64,000 bases of DNA from an uncultured virus (IMG/VR IMGVR_UViG_3300027907_000553) (taxonomy: Duplodnaviria; Heunggongvirae; Uroviricota; Caudoviricetes). Positions 17,684 through 27,598 of this stretch are shown piece by piece. Made by a program: the position numbers and the translations under genes. The DNA lies in IMG/VR virus record IMGVR_UViG_3300027907_000553; one strand, given 5' to 3'. Each line of letters starts with the position of its first letter. The stretch's first letter is position 1. The notes under the pieces are model-generated. The model was given only the letters and a program-made list of their open reading frames with translations, made no database searches and was not told the DNA's origin.

Positions 17684-18616
17684 ATGCGACGATTCCTTTT
17701 TTGGATGCTCCTCCTGCTCACCAGCGGGACGTTCGTTCTCAGCGAGGCCCAGCAACTGGGCGGTCGTATGCACCAGAGTAACATGCGCCTGAACAAGCTG
17801 CGGGCGGGCACGCTCACCAACTGCGGCAGCAACAACTTTGTGAGCGGGTGGCGCCCCGATGGCACAACGATCTGTACGGCATTCTCCCTGGATATCAGTA
17901 GCGTGGTGACGCTCACCGGCGCGCAAAAGGTCACCAATAAGCAGAACGTGCCCAGGACGGTGGTCTATACGCCAGCGGGGAGCCCCTTATCCATTACACC
18001 CAATCTGGACACGACCGACATCGTCTTGGTCGATGGCATTACCGGGGACCTCACGATCAACGCCCCCATCGGGACGGGCGGCAATCCCACCGAGGAGCAG
18101 GAGCTGGCGTTTCGGTTCAAGTCGACCACGCCTCGGGCGCTCACCTGGCACGTCATCTATACCACCGAAAACGGCATTCCGCTCCCGAGTGCCACCACCG
18201 GGGACGGCACCACGACAGATCGCGTGAAGGTCCTTTATAATGCCGTCTCCTCTAAGTATGGCGCGGTGGCTACCACGCGGGGCATCGGGCGAGGCATTAC
18301 CACGAGTACGGGCACCGCCACGACGCTCAACTGCAATGCCCAGATCGCCGCCCTGTGCCGCCATACCATGACCGGGGCGGCCGGGACGCTCACCATTACC
18401 ATGAGTGGCACCGTGACGGATGGCACGCTCACCCGGATTAGTTTGCGGTGCACGAATACGCAAGTCCTCTCGTTAAGCACCGCCGGTTTTATGCCGTCCC
18501 CCAATCTCTCACTGACGGTGTCTTGCCCCGCTACCGTAGCGGGCATGGGGTGGTTTGATCTGGGTTTCTCGTATTCGCAGGCAGACGGCAAACATCAATT
18601 GATAGCAACCAATTAG
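17684..18616 (+). CDS. Signal-peptide-bearing fibre-like protein
   Basis: MRRFLFWMLLLLTSGTFVLSEA; GGAGG SD; VTLTGAQKVTNK fibre motif. Confidence 0.65.
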   Translation: MRRFLFWMLLLLTSGTFVLSEAQQLGGRMHQSNMRLNKLRAGTLTNCGSNNFVSGWRPDGTTICTAFSLDISSVVTLTGAQKVTNKQNVPRTVVYTPAGSPLSITPNLDTTDIVLVDGITGDLTINAPIGTGGNPTEEQELAFRFKSTTPRALTWHVIYTTENGIPLPSATTGDGTTTDRVKVLYNAVSSKYGAVATTRGIGRGITTSTGTATTLNCNAQIAALCRHTMTGAAGTLTITMSGTVTDGTLTRISLRCTNTQVLSLSTAGFMPSPNLSLTVSCPATVAGMGWFDLGFSYSQADGKHQLIATN

Positions 18617-18629
18617 GAGTAAAAGAACT

Positions 18630-19241
18630 ATGCATAGTCGTGCGGCTCTGGCTGTCGGGCTGCTCCTTGCGTGGGCGAGTCTCGTCTGGGGCGGCGCGGC
18701 GACGACCCTCACCGAGGCGCAGTATCAGACGCTCAAGACCTATATTACGGTCACGGCGGTCAACGAGTTCGCGGCTGATGTCGCCGCGGGGAATGACCAA
18801 ATTATTGCCGACAAGATGAATCAACCCTTCACGCCGACCTTCCAGGTCTTTCGCACGTCCGTCCCCCGGCGCACCGTGCTCTTTGAGAAGTCGCCGGCCG
18901 ATACCAGCTTTATCTTTGTGGGGGATGGCTACATTACCCGCACCGTCCAGGAGTTGACTACGTTTCATGACCTGTTTGATGGTCCGAACTCTGCGATGGA
19001 CCCGAGTTTGCCGAACGTGCAGCAGGCCTTACTCGATATCTTCAGCGGGGCCGCCGGGACGAATGCCCAGAAAAATAGGGTGCATATCGGCAATATGAGC
19101 CGTCGGCCTGTCACGCGGGCTGAGAAACTCTATGTGACGCAGGGGAGTGGGAGCAATGCGGACCCTGGGTACCTTGTCTGGGAAGGGCTCTTAACGCTTC
19201 ATGATATTAGTCACGCCTTACGGGGGGTCCCTTTGCCATGA
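18630..19241 (+). CDS. Signal-peptide-bearing hypothetical protein
   Basis: MHSRAALAVGLLLAWASLVWG; AGGAG SD. Confidence 0.65.
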   Translation: MHSRAALAVGLLLAWASLVWGGAATTLTEAQYQTLKTYITVTAVNEFAADVAAGNDQIIADKMNQPFTPTFQVFRTSVPRRTVLFEKSPADTSFIFVGDGYITRTVQELTTFHDLFDGPNSAMDPSLPNVQQALLDIFSGAAGTNAQKNRVHIGNMSRRPVTRAEKLYVTQGSGSNADPGYLVWEGLLTLHDISHALRGVPLP

Positions 19242-19738
19242 TGAAACGTCTTGTGCCTCTCCTCCTCCTGAGCAGTATCCTCTGGGCGGCCCCGCTCTGG
19301 GCCGCTTCCCCCTTCGTTTGGCTCCGTGGTGCCATCGACACCTGGATTACGACCAGCACCGGGTTGGCGAGCGGCTCCAGCGTGCTCTCCGCCGCCATTA
19401 CGCTCAGCAGTGCCAACTATACGAGGGCAGACTGCGAACTGAATACCGGCGCCTGGAGCGGTGCGGTGGCGGCCAATACCGCCGTCGTCGTGTGGCTGAT
19501 TCGGCAGGCGGACGGAACCAATTATGAAGACGGGGCTACTGGGACGGATCCCGCCCGTCTCCCTGATTTTATCTTTCCCCTGCGCGCGGTCAGCACGGCC
19601 CAGCGGATTGTGATTCCGAGCATTGAACTCCCACGGGGGTTGTTCAAAGCCCTGCTCAAAAATGATGGCACGGGCGTGACCCTCCAGGGCGCCCCATGGA
19701 CGCTCAAATGCACTCCGTACGTGTTACAAGTGCCCTAG
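19238..19738 (+). CDS. Signal-peptide-bearing hypothetical protein
   Basis: MMKRLVPLLLLSSILWAAPLWA. Confidence 0.65.
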   Translation: MMKRLVPLLLLSSILWAAPLWAASPFVWLRGAIDTWITTSTGLASGSSVLSAAITLSSANYTRADCELNTGAWSGAVAANTAVVVWLIRQADGTNYEDGATGTDPARLPDFIFPLRAVSTAQRIVIPSIELPRGLFKALLKNDGTGVTLQGAPWTLKCTPYVLQVP

Positions 19739-20583
19739 CTCTTCTCCTGCTGCTCACGCTGCTGAGTGCGCCAGCGCTCGCGCAACCCCGGCTGGATCGG
19801 AATGCACCTACCGCCCAGGGGCTTTTGGGGTGGTGGCGGGCGGTAGCAGGTCTGACCGGGGGGCGTACCTGGTATGATCTCACCGGACGCTTTGCGGCGA
19901 CGCTTATCAACATAGACGCGGCGGGGAGTAGTGGCTGGGGCGCGACCACACGCCCCGGCGGACAGGGCGAAGTGCGCTTTGATGGCAGCAATGATTACGG
20001 CACACTGCCCGTGACCTCCCAGTTGTGGCCGCCCGCGGTGTCCATCCTCCTGTGGGTCAAACGTACGGCCACCGGGAACGACTATCAAGGGCTGTTTACT
20101 GGCGGGGATAATGGGGGATTTCGGGACATTACGCTGCGCTCGACTGGCGGCATGAACGTCTCGTTTGTCACGGCCCCTGGGACCTACCTACAACAAGACA
20201 ATGTGAATCCTGGGAGTGTCGCCATTGGCGTATGGACACACCTTGCGTATACCTACAGTAGTACCACGGGCTTACAAGGCTATGTCAATTGTGTGCCCAA
20301 TGGCGCCCCGAATAGCCCCGATGGAACGATGTATCCCATTACCACGCTGGGCACCATGTTTGGGGCCTCGCAAATATCGGGGATCACCTACTTCGCCGGT
20401 GCCATGGATGACATTAAACTCTACAAGCGGGCGTTACTTGCCAGGGAAGTCTGTCAGGTGATGCGGGACTCGCAACTTGGGGAGCCGCGCCTGCTTCCGC
20501 CAGCGCTCCTGGTCGGCGTGCTGCCGCCGCTGGTCGGCCCCGGCCCCACGAGCCGCTTTTTGCCCTTTTTCCAGACCCCCTGA
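19708..20583 (+). CDS. LamG/concanavalin A-like lectin with signal peptide
   Basis: FDGSNDY..WTHLAYTY..YFAGAMDDIKLYKRAL. Confidence 0.85.
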   Translation: MHSVRVTSALALLLLLTLLSAPALAQPRLDRNAPTAQGLLGWWRAVAGLTGGRTWYDLTGRFAATLINIDAAGSSGWGATTRPGGQGEVRFDGSNDYGTLPVTSQLWPPAVSILLWVKRTATGNDYQGLFTGGDNGGFRDITLRSTGGMNVSFVTAPGTYLQQDNVNPGSVAIGVWTHLAYTYSSTTGLQGYVNCVPNGAPNSPDGTMYPITTLGTMFGASQISGITYFAGAMDDIKLYKRALLAREVCQVMRDSQLGEPRLLPPALLVGVLPPLVGPGPTSRFLPFFQTP

Positions 20584-20593
20584 AAGGATTGTT

Positions 20594-23053
20594 ATGGTGT
20601 GGTTGGTCTTCGTCGTCAGTCTCATGTGGGTCATCCCTGCCTGGAGTGCCACCTACTACGTGTCTACCACAGGAGCCTCAGATGGGAATCCCTGTGTGAA
20701 CAACAATATTGGCGCGCCTAAAAGGAATATCGCTGGACCAAATGGTGGTATCTCCTGTTTGTTTCCCGGCGACACGCTGTTCATTCGTCAAGGCACGTAT
20801 AATGAGACCATCACGCCACCAGGGGGGTCCTGGATGCGCAATGGGACGGGGGATAACAGTCGGATCACCATTGCCGGCTACCCTGGAGAAACCGTCATTC
20901 TCCAACCGTTTAGTGGTGGCGCCGTGCTCTCCCTCCAGCAGACAGGCAATTTTAGTTGGATGACTTTCCAAGACCTTATCTTTGATGGAACCAATACTTC
21001 TGGTGTCGCGTCCATTGCGGGAGACACCCACCATTTGCGGTTTCTGCGGTGTGAACTCCGCAACGCGTCGCAGGGGGGCAACTCGGCGCATGGCTTTGGG
21101 GGGTCAGGCGGCGCCAATCATGAATTTCTCTACCTCTATATCCACCACAATACCGGCTATGGGGCCTATTTCTCCGGGGCTAATTCGGTCTGGGACCATG
21201 TGACTATTACTGATAATGGGGGGTATGGGCTGCACTTTTACGATAAATCCTCCCACATTGATAACACGGTCGTCAAAAATAGCATTATTGCGCGCAACGG
21301 GTTTAACAACTCCTCGGGCGGGGGCGGGATTGTGCTCTTCCACGGCGACAATCAGCAAGTCTATAACAATCTCATTTACGGCAATTTCGATGGCGTCGGC
21401 ATTCGCAGTAGCTGCGGCGACTGCAAAGTCTATAACAATACCATTCATGGTAATCAATTTCGGGCGATCCAGATTCTGGGTGAAAACTTTGATTATGAAT
21501 ATCCGCCGGGCAGTGGGCAATTCCGGCCGATTCGTGAGCCCGCGAACGTCGTCTTGCAAAATAATATTCTCTCCAATAATGGCAATACCATCGAGCATGA
21601 AAATGGCACCATCGCAGCCATGGACCACAATCTCTGCATAGGCACGTCGCAAAACCTCTGTGATATGGTCGGTAATCCTGCCTATGAAGATGCCGGGAGT
21701 GACAATTTTAAATTGACCGGGAACAGTCAGGCGCGCAATAGGGTGCCCACGAGTGCAGGCGCCTGTAAAATAGCGATTGACTTTGAAGGCACGGCCCGGC
21801 CCCAAACTCCGGTGGGCGGCTCGGCTACCCCGTGTGATATTGGGGCCTATGAGTACAATGAGGGCAACCCCACGACCCCACCCAACGGCAATCCCATCTA
21901 TGTGCGGGGGAGTGTCGGCAACGATGCCAATGATTGCTTTGCCGCGGAAAGTCCTGTTACCGCCAAGCAGCACTTGCTGGGGCCGCAGGGGGCACTCAGT
22001 TGCATGCAGACGCCGGGCAAGGTCTTGTACATCGAAGGCAATGGCCAGGTATATAGCGAGGAAATTGATATCGCCACCACCGGCCTCGTGGGGGGGGATG
22101 GCCCCTCGTTTACATCCGCGACGCGCCTGGAAGGCTATGGCTCTCCGCTACCCGTTCTCAAGGCCCCCGCCGGTGGCAATCTCAACCTGTATGTGCGTGG
22201 CAGCAATGCCAAGTATCTGATTTTTAAGAAGCTCATCATTGACGGTAATAATGATACCTACAACACTGTAGCGATTGCGACCCCCGCCCATCATATTCGC
22301 TTTGAAGAGGTGGAAGTGAAAAATACCCTGGGTCGAGGGTTTGAGGGCGTGCATATCTCGAATGTCACCAATATCGAGCTGGTAGATACCTTTATCCACG
22401 ATGTCCAGACCGAGGCGATTACCCTGGAAGGCAGCATTGATGGCATGCTGTGTCAGCGGTGTCATCTGTTTAGTGCCCAGGGCAAGGGCTTTTTGGTAGT
22501 GAATAATGGCACCAAAGCCAATGTCACCCTGCGGGAAACGGAAATCCGCAATAATAGCGACGAGGGAATTGATGTGGCCACCGGCACCGGCGTGCTCTTG
22601 CAAAACCTGCTGCTCCACTCCAACGGGGGCCGGGGCGTGTGGATTCAGAGTGGAGCCACGGGGACCAGCGTCTTGAACACGACGGTGTATGGCAATACGG
22701 GTGTGGGCGTGCAGTGTGATCCGCCCGCCGCCAACACTCAGATTGTGAACAATATCGTCTATGGCAATACGGGTGGGAACATCGTCAACAATTGCAGTGC
22801 CGCCGCCTCCTCCAACGTCACCATCAACCCGAACTTTCGCGGCCCACCGGGGGATTTGAAGCTCAACGAACCCTCGCCCGCGATTGACCAGGGGCAGACG
22901 CTCCCCAGTATCTTGACCGATTATGAAGGTCAGCCGCGTCAGCAAGGCCAGCAGGACGTGGGCGCCTATGAAACGATTGCGACGACAGGCACGCCTGGCG
23001 AGACGGTCACCGAGCAGCCGTGCAATCTGTTGGCCGCGAGCATGTACTTTTAG
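20594..23053 (+). CDS. Tandem right-handed beta-helix (pectate-lyase-like) protein with signal peptide
   Basis: WSATYYVST, PGDTLFIRQGTY, VYNNLIYGN/VYNNTIHGN repeats, DIGAYE and DVGAYE ends. Confidence 0.85.
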   Translation: MVWLVFVVSLMWVIPAWSATYYVSTTGASDGNPCVNNNIGAPKRNIAGPNGGISCLFPGDTLFIRQGTYNETITPPGGSWMRNGTGDNSRITIAGYPGETVILQPFSGGAVLSLQQTGNFSWMTFQDLIFDGTNTSGVASIAGDTHHLRFLRCELRNASQGGNSAHGFGGSGGANHEFLYLYIHHNTGYGAYFSGANSVWDHVTITDNGGYGLHFYDKSSHIDNTVVKNSIIARNGFNNSSGGGGIVLFHGDNQQVYNNLIYGNFDGVGIRSSCGDCKVYNNTIHGNQFRAIQILGENFDYEYPPGSGQFRPIREPANVVLQNNILSNNGNTIEHENGTIAAMDHNLCIGTSQNLCDMVGNPAYEDAGSDNFKLTGNSQARNRVPTSAGACKIAIDFEGTARPQTPVGGSATPCDIGAYEYNEGNPTTPPNGNPIYVRGSVGNDANDCFAAESPVTAKQHLLGPQGALSCMQTPGKVLYIEGNGQVYSEEIDIATTGLVGGDGPSFTSATRLEGYGSPLPVLKAPAGGNLNLYVRGSNAKYLIFKKLIIDGNNDTYNTVAIATPAHHIRFEEVEVKNTLGRGFEGVHISNVTNIELVDTFIHDVQTEAITLEGSIDGMLCQRCHLFSAQGKGFLVVNNGTKANVTLRETEIRNNSDEGIDVATGTGVLLQNLLLHSNGGRGVWIQSGATGTSVLNTTVYGNTGVGVQCDPPAANTQIVNNIVYGNTGGNIVNNCSAAASSNVTINPNFRGPPGDLKLNEPSPAIDQGQTLPSILTDYEGQPRQQGQQDVGAYETIATTGTPGETVTEQPCNLLAASMYF

Positions 23054-23063
23054 GGAGGGCGCG

Positions 23064-24941
23064 ATGCGTTGCTGGATCGTCCTCGTCATGCTCTGCTTCT
23101 GCCTGCCGCGCTTGGGGGCGGCGCATTGTGTCCCCCAGCCGCCCGCGACGCTCTTTCCCGTGGTCGTGAATCAGTTTGGGTATACACCCACGGCCCAGAA
23201 AGTGGCGGTGGTCCGCGATCCTCAGACGGGCTTTGATGCCGCCACCGACTATACCCCGCCGGCAAGTCTCCAGGTGCGCCGCCGTAGCGATACGGGCCTG
23301 GTCATGACCGTTACCCCCACGGCCTGGAACGGGGGGGCCACGCATGGACAGTCGGGTGACAAGGTGTGGTGGGTCGACATGTCCGCGCTCGGGCCTGGGG
23401 TGTATTACCTCTTCGATCCCTCCCGCAATGCCCGCAGCGATTTTTTTGCCGTGAGCGATACGGTGTATACCACGGTGCTCCGGCAAGTCCTCCGCATGTT
23501 CTATTATCAAAGGAGTGGTTTTGCCAAGGCGGCGCCCTACACGGATGCGAAGTGGGCCGACGCCGCCGCGTTTCTGGGCACCGGGCAAGATACGCAGGCG
23601 CGCAGTATCGCGGACAAGACCAATCCGGGGACGGCCAAAGACGTGCGGGGCGGCTGGTTTGATGCCGGGGACTACAATCGTTACACCGTCTGGGCCACGT
23701 GGACACTCGCCGATCTGCTGCTGGCTTATCTCCAGTATCCTGCCGTGTGGACGGATGATTTGAACATTCCAGAGTCAGGCAACGGCATTCCGGATCTCCT
23801 GGACGAAGTGAAGTGGGAGTTGGAGTGGCTGTTGAAGATGCAAGCGGCCACAGGAAACAACAGTGTCCTCAGTAAGGTCTCCACGGATACCTCGGTGGGG
23901 ACCAGCCCGCCCTCGGCCGATACGAACGCGCATTACTGGGGCGCCGCGTCAACGGCTTCGACCGCGTGCACGGCGGGCGTCTTTGCTCTGGGTGCGATCG
24001 CTTTTGCCCAGGCCGGGCAAACGACCTATGCCACCACTCTCACCACGGCGGCCACGAACGCCTGGACCTGGGCCCAGGGCAATCCCAGTGTCACCTACGA
24101 TAACGCGGGCTTTACCACCCCCTCGCCGGAGCCCGATACGTATGGCCGTAGCATGTGTATGTTACAAGCAGGTATATACCTGTATGCCAGGACAGGCACA
24201 GGGGCATACAAGACCTATGTGGAAGCCAATTATACGAATGCCCATGCCCTCAGCTTTCCCTACTGGTATGGCTCGAATCCCATGGATGTGGCGACGCAGC
24301 ACGCCCTGCTCTATTATGCGGCCCAACCTGGCGTGACAGCCGGGGTGAAGACGGCCATTCAAAACAGCAAGACGGCGAGCATGACAGCAGGAAGCAATGG
24401 TGATGAACTCTTAAACGCTGCGACCAATGCCACCGATGCGTACCGCAGTTACGTCAAAGACGCGGATTATGCGTGGGGGAGTAATCGTACTAAAGCGCAC
24501 ATCGGGGGGCTCTTCCTCGACCAATTGCGCTACAGCCTCGATGCCCCCAATGCCACCGCGTATAAAAATGGCGCTGCGGGCTACCTGCATTACCTCCTCG
24601 GGGTCAATCCCTTGGCCATCGTGTACCTGACCAACATGAATGCCTACGGGGCGACGCGCTCGGTCGATGAGATCTGGCACTATTGGTTTAACGATGGGAC
24701 TGATTGGGATAATGCGATCACCTCGCCCAAAGGGCCAGCGCCAGGCTATTTGGCTGGGGGACCGAATCCTAATCCCAGTGGCACAGGTTTACCGACGCCG
24801 CCTGCCGGGCAACCAATCCTTAAGAGTTTCGCCAGTTTTAATACGACAGAGCCTGTCCGGTCATGGGAGTTTACGGAACCTGGTATTTACTACCAAAGTG
24901 CACTAATTTATTTACTAGCACACTTCGTGGCGAATCCATGA
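23064..24941 (+). CDS. Glycoside hydrolase family 9 with N-terminal Ig-like domain and signal peptide
   Basis: VNQFGY..QKVAV; DVRGGWFDAGDY; SGNGIPDLLDEVKWELEWL; YLLGVNP; TEPGIYYQSAL. Confidence 0.93.
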   Translation: MRCWIVLVMLCFCLPRLGAAHCVPQPPATLFPVVVNQFGYTPTAQKVAVVRDPQTGFDAATDYTPPASLQVRRRSDTGLVMTVTPTAWNGGATHGQSGDKVWWVDMSALGPGVYYLFDPSRNARSDFFAVSDTVYTTVLRQVLRMFYYQRSGFAKAAPYTDAKWADAAAFLGTGQDTQARSIADKTNPGTAKDVRGGWFDAGDYNRYTVWATWTLADLLLAYLQYPAVWTDDLNIPESGNGIPDLLDEVKWELEWLLKMQAATGNNSVLSKVSTDTSVGTSPPSADTNAHYWGAASTASTACTAGVFALGAIAFAQAGQTTYATTLTTAATNAWTWAQGNPSVTYDNAGFTTPSPEPDTYGRSMCMLQAGIYLYARTGTGAYKTYVEANYTNAHALSFPYWYGSNPMDVATQHALLYYAAQPGVTAGVKTAIQNSKTASMTAGSNGDELLNAATNATDAYRSYVKDADYAWGSNRTKAHIGGLFLDQLRYSLDAPNATAYKNGAAGYLHYLLGVNPLAIVYLTNMNAYGATRSVDEIWHYWFNDGTDWDNAITSPKGPAPGYLAGGPNPNPSGTGLPTPPAGQPILKSFASFNTTEPVRSWEFTEPGIYYQSALIYLLAHFVANP

Positions 24942-24946
24942 TGGGC

Positions 24947-25540
24947 CTAGAGTCGAGTGGGATCATCACAGCGTTGCCCCCGAATAATTTTGCGAATAGT
25001 CTGTGGTGTTACTTGATAGTGCTCAGCAAGCACCCTAGGTGTTGTCCCGGCATAAAAGGCAGCTTTGATAGCTGCAAAATACTCAGGGGGTACTTTCATA
25101 ACGTTGTCACGTCGTCTCATAATGACAGCATCCTGCACGTTTTGTTGTTGTGTCCCCGCGTAAAGGTGACGGACACAATGCCGCAAGAGACACGGTGGGG
25201 TATGCAAGACACGCAATCCCTTGTCAGGGGGTCCATGCGTAACCGTATACGCAAAGACATGGGCGTAGAACCTCTTCTGGTCAACACTAAACATGCCATA
25301 TCTTGTGGCAACATTCCGTGTTCCCGTCCATGGCCAGCAGCGATTTTCCCAGTCATGGCACGTACAGGCAGTCTCTTTGTCTACGGAGCGCCAGAAACGC
25401 TCCAGCACGGTCATGCCTCTATGCAGAGCACAGGGATGGCACCAGCCTGTTTTTGTTTGGTTGGGATGTTTAGTCGTGACGAAGGCCTGCTGACATGCTG
25501 TACAAACACGGTGATATTGCCTACGCTTACTCGTAGCCAT
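24947..25540 (-). CDS. HNH homing-type endonuclease
   Basis: ERFWRSVD..CWPWTG..YAHVFAY..VLH..CVRHLYAGTQQQNVQD. Confidence 0.85.
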   Translation of the reverse strand: MATSKRRQYHRVCTACQQAFVTTKHPNQTKTGWCHPCALHRGMTVLERFWRSVDKETACTCHDWENRCWPWTGTRNVATRYGMFSVDQKRFYAHVFAYTVTHGPPDKGLRVLHTPPCLLRHCVRHLYAGTQQQNVQDAVIMRRRDNVMKVPPEYFAAIKAAFYAGTTPRVLAEHYQVTPQTIRKIIRGQRCDDPTRL

Positions 25541-25567
25541 GGCGTCGTGTCCTTTCCACATGACGAG

Positions 25568-25633
25568 GTGGTCAGAGCCCTGTTGGTGTCTCAAGCACTG
25601 GCAGGGCTTGTTTTTTGTCCCTCTAGTATAGCA
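25568..25633 (-). promoter_or_regulatory. Extended -10 element plus hairpin leader upstream of HNH, copy 1
   Basis: GTGGTCAGAGCCCT..GGTGT..AAGCACTG..AGGGCTTGTTTT..AGTATAGCA, shared with 27127-27190. Confidence 0.65.
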
Positions 25634-25663
25634 CAGCGCCGGGGCGCTCCCTAGAAGGAACGT

Positions 25664-26182
25664 GTGGTGGCGGACGAACTCCAGGTGCAGGGTCAGGGGC
25701 CGGGCGGGGGCAATGGCTTTAGTGTCGACTTGAAGCAGCGCAGCCTGGGGATCACGGGGCCGATCGTCATCCCAGTCATTTGCCTGTTACTCCTCGGCGT
25801 GTTGGGGTGGATGCGCTCCAAAGACTTGAACGAGCACTTGAAGGCGCTTGGAGCCAGGCAAGAACAGATTCGCACGGAACTCCGGGAACAAAATACGCTC
25901 GGGGCCGCCCAGACGGAAGCCGTGCGTGGGGAGTTACGCGAACAAAACGCCCTCCTGCACGCGCAAAGTGAGGAAATGCGGCAGGAGTTTCGGACGCAGA
26001 ATCGCACCATGGCTGACCAGGCTCAGGCCGTGCAGCAGACTTTCACGGCGCAGATACAAGGGTTGGCAGAGCGCCTCAGTATTCTGTCGTATAATCTCGG
26101 CCGTCCTCCTGAAGATCGCTTACCCCTTGATGTCTCGCCGGCACGGGTGCCCCAGCCCGAGCGTCCGCGCGAGCGCCAATAA
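25664..26182 (+). CDS. Membrane-anchored coiled-coil protein, possible i-spanin or holin
   Basis: One TM segment followed by three RxELREQN-like repeats. Confidence 0.5.
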   Translation: MVADELQVQGQGPGGGNGFSVDLKQRSLGITGPIVIPVICLLLLGVLGWMRSKDLNEHLKALGARQEQIRTELREQNTLGAAQTEAVRGELREQNALLHAQSEEMRQEFRTQNRTMADQAQAVQQTFTAQIQGLAERLSILSYNLGRPPEDRLPLDVSPARVPQPERPRERQ

Positions 26183-26192
26183 GGAGTATGCG

Positions 26193-26417
26193 ATGCGCAC
26201 ACGCTGGGGCCTGCTCGTGGCACTGTGTCTGCTATCGAGCGGGTGCTTCTGGCGTCTGCACGAGTTGACGACGGCCCTGGCGGAGCGCCACGTGCAATCG
26301 TGTATCGTGTCGCAAGGGTTCCCCTATCCGTTTATCTTTGTCCGCGTCATCACCGTGACGGGAGGGGCAGATATCTCGACGTGTCTTGAGCTCGAAAACA
26401 CACTAGGGTTCAAATGA
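26193..26417 (+). CDS. Small lipoprotein, possible o-spanin
   Basis: Lipobox LSSGC; AAGGAG SD. Confidence 0.5.
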   Translation: MRTRWGLLVALCLLSSGCFWRLHELTTALAERHVQSCIVSQGFPYPFIFVRVITVTGGADISTCLELENTLGFK

Positions 26418-27098
26418 CGGCGTTGCTGGGATCACTGGAAGATGTTTCCAGGTCACGCCATGTAAAATGCGTTGAATAGTTGATTTGTCGACGTGATATT
26501 TTCGGGCAAGAGCACGGCCAGATATACCACGTTGAGAGGCGTCTCGTATGGCAATAACCTTTCGTCTCGTCAACTTAGCGAGCGGGTTTCGTTCCCCACG
26601 CGGGCTGTTGATATATCCATGACGGATGCAGGCATGATCTTTTCCGTAGTACACAGCCCCTTGACGATCACGCTGCATAAGCTTTGTATCACGAACGTTG
26701 TCTTTTTGGCTACCCGCATAGAGATGGCGTACACACGCACGTACGATGCAGGGCGGTTGATGCAGGACATAGACTTGTGTTGGAAGGTCTCCATGGGTTG
26801 CTTGATAAATAAACCTATGAGCAAACAGTACTTTTCCCTTGAGGCCAAATTTTCCGTAGCCTGATTGTGGATCACAATACGCTGTCCATGGCCAGCACCG
26901 ATCTTCCCATGTATGACACGAACACGCTCGATGCCTATCCACGTGACGCCAAAATCGCTCAAGTGTTGGGAGATGTTCTGGATGCTCACGCCAACAGGCT
27001 CGACACAATCCTGTTGCACAGTTGCGTCGCTGAGGACGAAGTCTCTTGCCACATTGTATACAACGGTGAGGATACGACGTACAATAAGAGGTAGCCAT
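26403..27098 (-). CDS. HNH homing-type endonuclease, paralog of 24947..25540
   Basis: ERFWRHVD..CWPWTA..FAHRFIY..CVRHLYAGSQKDNVRD; RGERNPLAKLT. Confidence 0.88.
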   Translation of the reverse strand: MATSYCTSYPHRCIQCGKRLRPQRRNCATGLCRACWREHPEHLPTLERFWRHVDRHRACSCHTWEDRCWPWTAYCDPQSGYGKFGLKGKVLFAHRFIYQATHGDLPTQVYVLHQPPCIVRACVRHLYAGSQKDNVRDTKLMQRDRQGAVYYGKDHACIRHGYINSPRGERNPLAKLTRRKVIAIRDASQRGISGRALARKYHVDKSTIQRILHGVTWKHLPVIPATPSFEP

Positions 27099-27126
27099 GA
27101 TGTCTATGTCCTTTACACATAGCAGC

Positions 27127-27190
27127 GTGGTCAGAGCCCTTGCGGTGTTAGAAGCACTGTAAGGGCTTGTTTTATCCCATAAGTATAGCA
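27127..27190 (-). promoter_or_regulatory. Extended -10 element plus hairpin leader upstream of HNH, copy 2
   Basis: Same motif as 25568-25633. Confidence 0.65.
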
Positions 27191-27240
27191 GAATCCTCGG
27201 TCGTTTCCTTGTGGTTTTCTTCAGACCCTAGGAGGGAACC

Positions 27241-27399
27241 GTGTATCTCGTCCTCATTATTGTGGTCGTCCTGCTGCTGCTTGGGGTATTTCCCGGCGCG
27301 CCCTGGAGTGGATGGCATGGGTACGGGTATTATCCTAGTAGCATACTCGGCATTGTACTCATAGTGCTCGTCATTCTTCTGCTCACGGGCCGCCTCTAG
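27241..27399 (+). CDS. Small two-TM membrane protein (DUF3309-like), 52 aa
   Basis: Hand translation: MYLVLIIVVVLLLLGVFPGAPWSGWHGYGYYPSSILGIVLIVLVILLLTGRL; GGAGG SD. Confidence 0.8.
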   Translation: MYLVLIIVVVLLLLGVFPGAPWSGWHGYGYYPSSILGIVLIVLVILLLTGRL

Positions 27400-27598
27400 C
27401 CCCGCCTACCCCAGGAGCCACCAGAGCACGGCCCCAAGCACCGCACCGAGGACCGTCAGCACCAGGCCGAGGAGACACCCGGCGCCACTGGGGCCAAGGT
27501 TGTGCGGATCAAGGCGTGGGTCGTGGGGCAATCGTGTATGCTCCGTGTCTGGCAGGAGAGGGGGGAAGGCGCGCACCCTCCCACCTCGGTATCTCGGC

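Noticed and set aside
15165..24941. Diversity-generating retroelement acting on fibre genes
   Set aside because: No reverse transcriptase and no TR/VR pair seen
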